Assembly (NCBI GenBank): GCA_051362555.1
Contig: CM120643.1
Coordinates: 22,200,848-22,264,847 of the forward strand
Origin: Lingula anatina
Lineage: Eukaryota > Animalia > Brachiopoda
Length of the DNA stretch: 64,000 nucleotides
Direction: 5' to 3'
Below, in pieces: positions 53,510-61,603 of this stretch. The translations under genes and the position numbers were made by a program. The first letter of the stretch is position 1. Every line of letters starts with the position of its first letter. Below the pieces are notes generated by a model that worked only from the letters and a program-made list of their open reading frames with translations, did not search any database and was not told the DNA's origin.

Positions 53510-54348
53510 CCTAAAAAAAACGTATACAACACAACTGAAACGCCAACCAAAAACTTACCTTGCGTCAAATTGGCATGTTCCAACAACAGGTTGGCTTTCC
53601 GGCGGGCCTCCCAAAAGAATTCTGAGGTGTTTCCAAGATACTTGTAACTTACGGAAAGGTCCTTCACCACAATCTGACCATTGGGGAGTCGGTGTGAGTA
53701 CGGGCAGAAAAGATAATAATCCTTAAAACGGTCTTTGTCATAACAATTCCCCGCTGCAAAAATCTCCGGGTCGCCTTCAACCATGGACCGTACTTGATCG
53801 TAAAAGAAATACTCATTGTCTTTCAAGCAGAAATCTTTCAGTTTCCAGATTCTCGTCAGGAAATTTGCTCTGGTCACCGCCTCCAGGGCTTGTCTTTTAA
53901 ACCGCAGCACGCCGTACTGCTGAATGACGCCGTCGCCTAGGTTAAAATGGGTGCCGGGATCGCAATCTTGTTTGTTGCGTTCGTATTGTTCCACTTTGGC
54001 GAGAAAATCGGCGACAACGTCGTCAGAGTGGTTGAACTGAGATTTATATGACGCATTGTGTGAAGACGACGGTGGAGAGGTCGGGAGGGGCATGGCGTCG
54101 TAAGGCTCTGTGCTTTTTGGTGCAAAACTCAGTGTTTCATTGGAACCATCCGGCAAATCGTTTTGCCATAAATAATCATATAGGGTATAATTCATGTCAG
54201 AGAATGCTGACGAGTTGTCCGTTTGGTTTTGAGCCCCCTCCGCTATATTCAGCGTCACACTCTGTAATACAGCGACCACCATCGTCAAAGATAACGCAAA
54301 ATACATGAGACGTCCTTTCCTTAACACTTCACAAACGTAACGGCACAT
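6320..54348 (-). CDS. CG31760-like: Class C orphan GPCR, GPR158/GPR179 family (CG31760-like); 12 coding exons, 2493 nt CDS, ~830 aa
   Basis: Join of 53559-54348, 22099-22282, 19974-20094, 18529-18672, 16986-17183, 14105-14173, 9005-9114, 8535-8680, 7748-7955, 7190-7295, 6762-6965 and 6320-6532. All introns are GT-AG with matching phases and no stops. Family motifs: [85 protein letters not shown]..NPHL. Confidence 0.93.
6762..6965 (-). CDS. GPCR exon 11 (cytoplasmic tail)
   Basis: tttatag acceptor and gtaggt donor. 68 open codons, AYLVFKYKGRESMGSNST...TLEKEVQ, phase 0 at both ends. Confidence 0.85.
7190..7295 (-). CDS. GPCR exon 10 (TM7)
   Basis: tttcag acceptor and gtatgc donor. YFLQSIANPDVMYVVLFVHTQLTVTVTLAFLFGSK. 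Confidence 0.92.
7748..7955 (-). CDS. GPCR exon 9 (ECL2, TM5, ICL3, TM6)
   Basis: tttcag acceptor and gtgagt donor. YDMRGLKANLCIFDVWDY...[29 protein letters not shown]. Confidence 0.93.
8153..8357. mobile_element. Palindromic MITE (PIF/Harbinger-like family)
   Basis: ~60-bp imperfect inverted repeat: gttcgaactaactcc...ggactctcgctgaatgcaatcaaa versus tttgattgcattcagctagagtcc...gagtcaattcgaac. Confidence 0.6.
8535..8680 (-). CDS. GPCR exon 8 (ICL2 and TM4)
   Basis: tcgcag acceptor and gtaaga donor. ISVVFRVRSAQRIKISDADLIKRLIFIVSVFATFLSIRMGVGRPNVIT. Confidence 0.93.
9005..9114 (-). CDS. GPCR exon 7 (TM3)
   Basis: ttccag acceptor and gtaaag donor. MIVNYFPPSEIACSVRLWCRGIGFSILYGALLLKTW(R). Confidence 0.93.
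9766..9911. mobile_element. GC-rich MITE with 13-bp TIR and 5-bp TSD (hAT-like CAG...CTG ends)
   Basis: TIR CAGGGCCGTAGCC/GGCTACGGCCCTG. Perfect TSD TACAA at 9761-9765 and 9912-9916. Confidence 0.85.
10080..10318. mobile_element. Tc1/mariner-type MITE
   Basis: TA-flanked. ~29-bp TIR CACACTCTGGACAATAGAAGTGTCACCCC with one mismatch. Confidence 0.85.
12034..12330. mobile_element. Degenerate Harbinger-like MITE
   Basis: Termini TAA|GGGTGCCGTTTCA...GAAATGGGCC|TCA. The inverted repeat is weak. Confidence 0.35.
13577..13635. repeat. Short direct duplication
   Basis: aagagcgattgggggatgctgcac occurs twice, ~35 bp apart. Confidence 0.75.
14105..14173 (-). CDS. GPCR exon 6 (ICL1 and TM2)
   Basis: attacag acceptor and gtaagt donor. 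VLKASSPVLLNIMLLGAFFLYCP (class C K.SSP motif). Confidence 0.92.
15050..16450 (-). pseudogene. Highly decayed RLE-clade (NeSL/HERO-like) non-LTR retrotransposon fragment
   Basis: Minus-strand fragments in the expected order: IKFLGQLI (~16350-16373), LNFA (~15550), LFRKQTLAQI..NG (~15385-15432, like CxxC..QTLxHILNxC) and GWQSNSI (~15351-15371, like WRHNSV). Many stops and frameshifts. Confidence 0.4.
16986..17183 (-). CDS. GPCR exon 5 (Cys-rich stalk and TM1)
   Basis: cattttag acceptor and gtatt donor. [66 protein letters not shown]. Confidence 0.93.
17214..17258. repeat. (AAT)n microsatellite
   Basis: Seen directly. It produces the poly-Ile spurious ORF. Confidence 0.95.
18529..18672 (-). 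CDS. GPCR exon 4 (EGF-like)
   Basis: Poly-T-cag acceptor and gtaatc donor. [48 protein letters not shown]. Confidence 0.93.
19974..20094 (-). CDS. GPCR exon 3 (end of Cache domain, start of EGF-like region)
   Basis: acag acceptor and gtgagc donor. [40 protein letters not shown]. Confidence 0.93.
21194..21446. mobile_element. Palindromic PIF/Harbinger-like MITE
   Basis: Termini GACCCCATTTCCATA...TATGGGAATGGGGCC with ~100-bp imperfect arms (tgcaatcagcttaactaaatgaca versus tgtcattcagttaagctgattgca). Confidence 0.75.
22099..22282 (-). CDS. GPCR exon 2 (Cache domain)
   Basis: tttttgcgcag acceptor and gtaagt donor. Translates (G)[60 protein letters not shown](K). Absent from the ORF track. Confidence 0.93.
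30060..30097. repeat. (CT)n microsatellite
   Basis: Seen directly. Confidence 0.9.
30681..31787. mobile_element. TA-flanked non-autonomous DNA transposon with subterminal tandem repeats
   Basis: TA|CTCTGAAGTATCAAATAAA...TTTATTCGATACTTCAGAG|TA. Short repeats sit near both ends, with (TA)n and poly-T inside. Confidence 0.8.
31818..32031. mobile_element. Harbinger-like MITE
   Basis: ~30-bp TIR CCCTTTACACTGG..CGGCGTCCTTT.TGCG versus CGCAGAAAGGACGCCGTCCAGTGTAAAGGG. Confidence 0.75.
32540..34740. repeat. Satellite array, ~156-166-bp monomers with ~551-bp higher-order repeat
   Basis: The anchor (g/t/a)aaactcaca recurs at 32581, 32747, 32913, 33308, 33464, 33859, 34153, 34314 and 34470. A block of ~551 bp is duplicated with high identity. 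Confidence 0.9.
35796..35832. repeat. (GT)n microsatellite
   Basis: Seen directly. Confidence 0.9.
38661..38903. mobile_element. PIF/Harbinger-like MITE
   Basis: 45-bp imperfect TIR GGGCTCACTCCCAATGAAATTATCG.../...CGATAGTTTCATTGGAAATGAGCCC, flanked by TAA/TCA. Confidence 0.8.
44073..44574. mobile_element. PIF/Harbinger-like MITE interrupted by a nested element
   Basis: TTA on both sides. Termini GACCCCATTTCCATAGAG...CTCTGGGAATGCACCC, the same left end as the 21194 copy. Confidence 0.7.
44142..44425. mobile_element. Nested MITE with CCC...GGG termini and TA flanks (EnSpm/CACTA-like by inference)
   Basis: TA|CCCGCACGAAAATGCAGTAG...CTACTTCGTTTGCGTGCGGG|TA, with many internal GCAGTAG/GAAGCA repeats. 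Confidence 0.8.
44674..44836. mobile_element. Small inverted-repeat element (MITE-like)
   Basis: ccagtataacaggaatggaagtc versus gacttccattcctgttacaccgg. Confidence 0.6.
48038..48308. mobile_element. MITE with 5-bp TSD (hAT-like)
   Basis: TAGGGGCGGATCCAG...CTAAATCCGCCACTG with perfect TSD GAAAC. Shares ~60 bp of internal sequence with 58222-58446. Confidence 0.85.
53461..53506. repeat. (CT)n microsatellite near the 5' end of GPCR intron 1
   Basis: Seen directly. It explains the RERERE tail of ORF 53335..54498. Confidence 0.95.
53559..54348 (-). CDS. GPCR exon 1: signal peptide, N-glycosylated Ser/Pro-rich linker and N-terminal part of the Cache domain
   Basis: Lies within ORF 53335..54498. 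First in-frame ATG is 54348 (MCRY...), with an alternative at 54306 (MYFALSLTMVVAVL, hydrophobic signal). Donor CAAG|GTAAGT at 53559/53558, phase 1. Confidence 0.9.
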
Positions 54349-55342
54349 GTCCTGATGATCGGTGATAACACACAGTACAACTATTGCATGCAGAAACGAC
54401 CAGAACAGTCGATTAAACGACAAGGCCGCCAAAATTATGTAGGCAAAACCGCAGATGTCCGTTGCGACCAACTGCACGCGGGCAACTGGCTTCGTCACGC
54501 TACGAATTCATTGCGCTAGAAACACCTCCTTTGTATGCCGAATTCTCTGGCGGAAAGGTTGTGCCGATATTTCCGTGTGCTTGTGAATCAGTTAGTTAGT
54601 TTGTTTGTTTGTTTGACTCTTAACGAGGTGTTACATCGTCCCTTCGTCGTGCGACAGAGCCGATGTGACTGTCACTTGCGTTTTGGCCTAATAGCACTGA
54701 GACGCCGTTAAGTGTGAGATGTGTATCTACCGTCGTCGCTGTACAAAAAATACCAGAACTCAATTCTTGTTTCACTTTATCTTAGGGAAACCGCTTACGC
54801 GTAAGATATATATCTCCCAGTCGTAGTGCGCTATTTTTAAAGCCAGCTGTCACTTCTCTCTCTTTATCTTATTACTGTAACTTCAACCACCGCGTACGAA
54901 CCCGCTGATGAATTTGAGCTTCAGCATATCACTCGACGAGATTCTACCGCCAATCTGCCCTCCGTTGCCTTGTGACACATACACAGTATCCCAGTCCAGA
55001 TTTGGTTATTGACTGTGAGTCTTTGGCAGAATGATCGAGCGGAACCGTCGCTTAATATTCGATACACCTTGGTTGGAAACGTACCTGCTGAAACAGTTGG
55101 AAATTAACTTACGTCGCGAGAGTAGCACTACTGTGCGGTGCTCCAATCCATCTGGAACCGTGTCAGTATCTCACCTAACTTATAAGCCAAAATGAAGAGA
55201 ATTTGAAAAAAAAGACAGCGTCACAATCCAATTATGTCACGAGCAGCATGTGTCCTCGACCCATAGAACCTGGCAGGCAGAGTTAGATACTGACAGTTGG
55301 AACAGCGCCAAAATTCAACCGCTACTTGCCACTCACACTTAC

Positions 55343-55600
55343 CAGGAGAGAGACTGCTCAGACACGTGGCAGCTCCCGAAGGCGCGATGCGGCACCACCG
55401 CAACAGAAATGACGTCAGTGAAGTTAAACGCGTCAGAATCCAATCGTAACGTCTACCTGATCACGCGCCAGCGACGAGGAGCAAGTTGTCGCGTCCAATA
55501 GATCCGAGCAGTGAGATGGCACTGTATCCAAACCGAATTATGTGTTAGATGTAGCTCCTGACAATTGAACAGAGCAAAAACCCAATTGGCTGGGTTCGAT
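55343..55600 (-). promoter_or_regulatory. Putative GPCR promoter and non-coding first exon
   Basis: CpG-rich patch, strong minus-strand donor CTG|GTAAGT at 55343/55342, palindromic CRE TGACGTCA at 55410-55417, and several CCAAT words. Candidate acceptors at 54739-54740 and 55088-55089. Confidence 0.35.
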
Positions 55601-58221
55601 AGATAAGACAGAAACGGTTTAAGTGGTGGGAATAATGCCGATCACTAAACGCAAAAAGAGAGGGGAGGGAACCCTGTTTTAGCATTACCATAACTTATCT
55701 GTGGAGATATTAATAAAATTGCGCTCTGGTCCTCAAATCATTTCTCTTGCACAATCAAAAACAAATTGAACTGATCCCTTAAAATTGCGTTCAGCGCTTC
55801 AAATTCATTTTTCTATAGGTCTCGTCTTCAAAATCCATTTGCTCTGATCCGGTGAAATGACTCCCTTTATGTCAAAAGCCTCTCACTTATCTACTGTGTC
55901 TATAGCGCCGTCTCTCAGATTTGATACAAAATATCCATAGAGTGAATCAATGCTAAATCCACATTCCTAATGCACAGTCAGTCATTACTTAGTGTTCTAT
56001 AGTGACTATCGTAAAAGCCGCACAAATGATTGATGCTTTATATACTGCCACACAGCAGTGTTGATCTTGATCGTTTGGTGGCGCTGCTGTGCTGTGGGTT
56101 ACCTGGAATGACACAGAATGAGTATAATACTATTAAACGCACATGGCGGTTAACATCACAAAAAGCAATCAAGTTTCGTATCTTTAAGGCATCCACAAAA
56201 TATAAAATAAAAAAAGAAAATAATGCAATTGCAGCACGTTAAATGCACTCACACCAAGATTACAAACGGGTTTGGACAAGCTATATCAATAATTTAGACA
56301 AATGGAACAACTTATAATACTGATAGTGATATTCTAAGCAAAAATAGATGCGATTGGACCATGTGACGACGAAGTTTGCGGCCTCGAGACTCATCGTAAA
56401 CAAATTACGCCAACGTACATTTCGTCATCGTAACTACAAGTGAGTGGTGTTATCACATTAAAACGGTATTTTACTGAGCCTATGACTTCGTGCAGGACAT
56501 AGTGACAGAATACATTATCTTTATACGGATTTTCTATGGGTAATTTAAATCATTAAAGAGTTCGGGAAAGATCCATTCTTAAGGGTACCATGAAATGTTA
56601 GCCCGGTGATGGGAAACCTGTGCTATCCCCCTGTATCGATATACATTGAACATGTACCATTATGGAATCCCCAGACTTCTACAACGACAAATTATTGGTC
56701 GGCTGTAAAGTAAAAAAACGAAGATATAAATAGAAAACCTTTGAAAAGAACTATTTAAATTGGTATAGATTTGCGCCATCTTGACCGGATGTATAGGACC
56801 AATTCGATAAACGTTTGTCATGGAACTTTGACTTATATCTATTTACATGATAATACGGATAATCATAGGAAATATTTTAAAACTTTCAATATGAATAAGT
56901 CATTTTTAATGGGAACGATTTTTCAAATTGATTTCATAAACCATTTTACAACCAAGTAAAATATTCCATAAATGTTGTCTTCGGCACCATGACCTTTGCC
57001 CTTTAATACAACTTGGGTGAAGCAGTGACTACTTCCCATTATTTGGACTTGGTAGATACCAATAATTATTGGACTTTAGATTATTTCAATATGTCTTTTA
57101 TTTTGTCCATTTCTACAATATACCTGGGGTACAATATAATGTTATGCAAGTATCGGCAGTTTGTACTTATGGGATACACATGTATATCTGAAATACTTCT
57201 AAATGAATTTGATAAGACATTTTTGAACCAGAACAAATCGCAAAAAAAAAAAAGAAAAAAAAACACACACACATTTGTCTACTTCATTTGCAAAAGATGA
57301 ATAAATGAAGTCGGCGTTTCAAATTATGAATCCATCAATATATAAAGCTTTCACCCTGCAGTGTTCAAATTTCAAAGTTGCTTTTAAGAAAAATTAATCA
57401 GAGCAAGTCTACCTTTTTGTGATATAAAACATCCGTAAGCATAACATTTCACTTCATGCTTTAAGGTATTTGTAATAATTGCTTTCAGGGACCTAATACA
57501 ATGCATTGCAAAATCACCAACCACCTTCTGTTTCATTTGCAATTGAAAAAAAACATCAGTACTGGATATCGCAGTTATTGTAACAAACGATATGACGTCA
57601 AGCAAATGACACTCAATAAGTAAAACGATATCGTCGCAATGAGAGAGCCATTTTGACTTCCTTGCTGTCAGGAGAAAACGACTTTGCATTACAAAGCGTT
57701 AACATAGAGAACGGATATATTACAAAGACGTTGTGTGTACAAAGCAAAACAATTAGCTAGATGGCATTTTCTGCGTGATGGCGACAGTCACGTCTGTGGT
57801 AGATCTCTTTTACCAAATAATGTTAGCGTAGGTTATGAGTTCAATCTAGATTCCACTATTATGGAAATAGCGTTTTTTTTTCGTTTTTTTTTTCAAATAA
57901 AAACCTACACGCTTTTAGTAAAATTAGGTGTATATATAGATTCGTTAACATTCTAAACATTATTACCAATATTTGACCTGTGATAGCTTAGACTATCTGA
58001 CCAGAAGCTTTCTTTCCTTATCATGTTTTAAAATAACTTTCATTAATTTACATTTGAGTCCGATCAATTTCTTGTTTATCGGTAGAGAACATGTGATGAA
58101 TTGCATTCATTAGTCACAATATGTAACCACCGGGGCGCTACATGGAAACAATCAAAAATCCATATATCTTAGCGACAACATTTAGTTCAGAAAAAGTGCC
58201 CTTTCATGGCACAAGCATATA

Positions 58222-58446
58222 CAGGGGCGGGTCCAGGATTATTTAAAAGGGGGGTCCGGAACAACAGGCCTTGGATGCGAAGCAGACCATTGCCCCCTTG
58301 GCGTGGGGTTCGGGGTCTGCTCAAAGGCAAACGATGCCATTTGGTACGGTTTAGAACTATGATTCAACTAGTCAAAATTCTAATTTCAAGAGGGGCGTAT
58401 TGGTGTGATATATTTTTCAGAAACCGAAGCTCTAAATCCGCCACTG
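58222..58446. mobile_element. Second copy of the 48038 MITE family
   Basis: CAGGGGCGGGTCCAG...CTAAATCCGCCACTG with the shared core tgccatttggtacggtttagaactatgattca.ctagtcaaaattctaatttc. Confidence 0.8.
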
Positions 58447-58810
58447 TATATATGTACTGTACATGTATAAGCACTTATCATTTTAATTTAACTGAAAGTT
58501 ATCTTCGATTCCTTTTTCATATACACAGTAGTTTAGGATGGAGATATTTAGGTATACTAACACAGGAACCACAGTATTTATTTGGGCACACATTTAACCA
58601 TCATACGGCTTAATAATATGTACCAAATATGAAATTTGAGATAACGCACAAAGGGAAATAATGTCGAACACTTTTTTAATGTGCAAAACAACCGTTTTTA
58701 CATGCACTGTATTCAAAAACATGGAAAAGCTCTTTTGTCACAAACTTAGAAAAAATCACCACTCACACGAAATAGTTCGACATGCCATCGGCCCTCTTCA
58801 TCAGTCTTAA

Positions 58811-61603
58811 AGGACAATGGACACACCGTCAGAATGGCCTGAACGGAACATATTCTTCAGAAAACATGCCCAACTAACGATATCTTTATCCAAATACACA
58901 AATTAAAAGCTCATTTTGTAATTTTTTGGCTTTAAAAAACGTCCTATTTGGCCTGGGAGTTAATGAGCTACGTGGTCACGTGATCCGATGACGACAATCG
59001 TGCCACCGGAGAACAGAGCGTGCTTAGCTGTCAAGCTGAGCTGCATTGACTACCTGTAAGATTACTTTTCTGGCTTCTGATAAAAGTTTATACTCATTCA
59101 ATCTCTTACCCGAGGGGTGTAAATCCTCGTAAAGCTGTGTAAAACCATTTCCCGTCTAGTCAATTCTTTAACAAGCATTTAATTATGGTTATCCCAAGTT
59201 ATATAAAACACTGCATTTGAATGAGTAAAGGGTACTGTTGATTATTGCATATGAGGTCCATGTTATTTGTGAAATTCAATTTATCTTATTAAACCGCTGA
59301 CACCCCGTCTTGCATACTTTTATTGAACTGAGGTAAACAATGCCCGTTACTTTTACAAGTCCTGTCTTAATCATCCATCTAACTGGAACTTCCTTTACCT
59401 CTTAATTAGAGGGTTAAATGGCATTCAATTCTCCTGTAGCCTTTGTCTTGGGAGTATCGAACCTCTCGCTGGCGATATTTATCTCAGGTAAAAATCTACC
59501 TGTGCGTTAGTTTCAAAGAGCAGCTCCCGCAGACCTGGGGGTACTAGATAAAATCTGAACACCGGGTTTATCGAGGAGCTAGAGAAACAAAGGAAGAATT
59601 TTTCCTGCACAGCTTCATAGGAATTTTAACACGGACTTGATCCAGCTTAGACCTCCAAATTTAAACTAACAGGGTGACATGGGCAATTTTCACAAACAAA
59701 TAATAAAACTATATTTCAGTTAGCCTCCTTTTAAATAAATATACCGTTCTGGGTAAATTAGAATATTTATTAAATCGCGAGAATATTTTTTACTTAAATG
59801 ATGATTTTATTATTAATAGAAATTAAGCCACTATATGAGGTACATTTGCTGTGATTACGCTGTCCTTCATGTTTTGCGTTAGTCTACATTTTGTTGTACG
59901 TGCTTGTAATTTTTTTTAATCTGTGCATACAATTTTTGCAGGTCTGGTTACGCCTGTTATGTGATGAAAGTCTAAATTTGGCAATTAGTTCCTTAGCTTA
60001 TTTAAATAGAATTGCAGTGTAAAATTTTCAACAACATGTTGGCACAATAGCCCTTTACTCTTTGTGGATATTTCCCCCGTCAAAGTTTGTCTAAAATTAT
60101 CTTTCAATCTTTACTCTTTCAAGGACAGTATAAAGTTATCTGACATATTTTCGTGAAAACTTAATGACCAGCCAAGTGTCTCCAGTTCATTCCGTACTCA
60201 ATTTTATCCAAGCAATTTTTTTTCTTGAGGAGATCTTTATAGCACGGTGTTATAATACAATTTTTCGAAGAGGGTATTTAAATTAATATATTAAAAAAAT
60301 TGTAGCTTCATACTTAAAAGAATTGGGTATCTCCCGCTTTTCATAATATACTAAGTTATATACAATGAACTAAGTTATCAGTAGTGCTCTTTTTTACACC
60401 CAACATTCTTTAAAAAAATCCGTTTGTGGCTTTCTTATATCCCTTACCAGGTTAAATCTCCATACATAATTTAAAATATACTAACGTACGTAAAACTGCA
60501 CATTTAGTAAACACATTAAATTAATGATTTTTTGCATGCTACCAGTAGCAAACAATGCTCTTTTACCTTGATCTGCCACATGTTTTTGGGTTTGACAAAG
60601 CTTACAAATTTGCAAAAAGTTTTGCGTACAGACGCAGAACTTGCGTTTCAAGTTATAAAATGATAAATCTTTTAAATTATTTAATATTTCAGATGAAATA
60701 ACTTTCATAAACAAATCCTCAAAGCATAAACGAATTAGGATTACGAACCATTTTATTACAGCAGTTCCCATTTTTTCTTTAATATAACGCTCTTTTTCCT
60801 GTTTTTCCTCAACACGTTTTCTTCCACGGAAGTAATGCCTGGGCATACGCATGCTTCAGGATACCCTGATTTCTTTTATTAATGTTCGCGACCGTGTTTG
60901 AACTTAGTTGTTTAAATATTGATATTTAACGTCATTTTGAGATATATTGAAAAATATGAATGCCCACCAAGACGAGTTTGATACCTGTTTTTACCTGGCT
61001 TGGGAATTGCAGTGGTGCATAATTAACAGGTTTTATTGTTAACGAGCTCTTGGTCAACTACAATGCATTTAAAATGCATTTAAAATGCATCAGCAATTAG
61101 TAAGCTTGCCAACTGATGGCAGTTAATCTAACAGACTATCAGCTTTTGATATGATCTAAAACACCTGAGGTGACCGAGATCGCGAGCATCGCAATTATTG
61201 TCACCGAAGTTAGTAAGTCACGGAAGACCGTCACAGACAAAGAAAGATTGTCAAGGAGTGCTGCAATTTTGGTGAATCCCACGGCAACACACTGAGGCAT
61301 AAAGAAAATTGCTCAACTCCGTTCAACACAACTTTCCTAAACTATTCTGTCTGTGTGCACCATGCAGCTCAGTTAAGTCTCATAGACCTTTATCCTCATT
61401 GTCGTCACAGTACCACGTGACCCAGATCTGTTGCTTCATTTATGCATATTGAGGTGAGGTTTACTAAAACGCTTTTTTTCTACTAATAGATTGTTTTTAT
61501 AATTTTTAAATGGCGGGTGTCGATTAAAACATACCTCTAGTGTATAGATTGAGTGCTGAATCTTCAAAATTCGAGAAATGGATTTTTATGTGTCTATTGT
61601 CCT
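58811..61603 (-). mobile_element. Kolobok-like non-autonomous DNA transposon (2.8 kb)
   Basis: TTAA TSD at 58807-58810 and 61604-61607. 15-bp TIR AGGACAAT(G/A)GACACA with 5'-AG...CT-3' ends. Minus-strand ATG at 61300 reads MPQCVAVG, like a THAP N-terminus. Confidence 0.75.

Noticed and set aside
53335-53558. 3' part of the 387-aa ORF (KFLVGV...RERERE...)
   Set aside because: Read-through into intron 1 past a consensus GTAAGT donor. The RE repeat is a (CT)n microsatellite.
56361-56400. Third hammerhead-like motif on the minus strand (CGATGAG...GCAAAC)
   Set aside because: Both catalytic boxes are broken, so it cannot be told from chance.
56578-57006. TTAA-GGG...CCC-TTTAA bounded segment as another Kolobok/Crypton-type MITE
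   Set aside because: Terminal complementarity is only a few bases, too weak to support.
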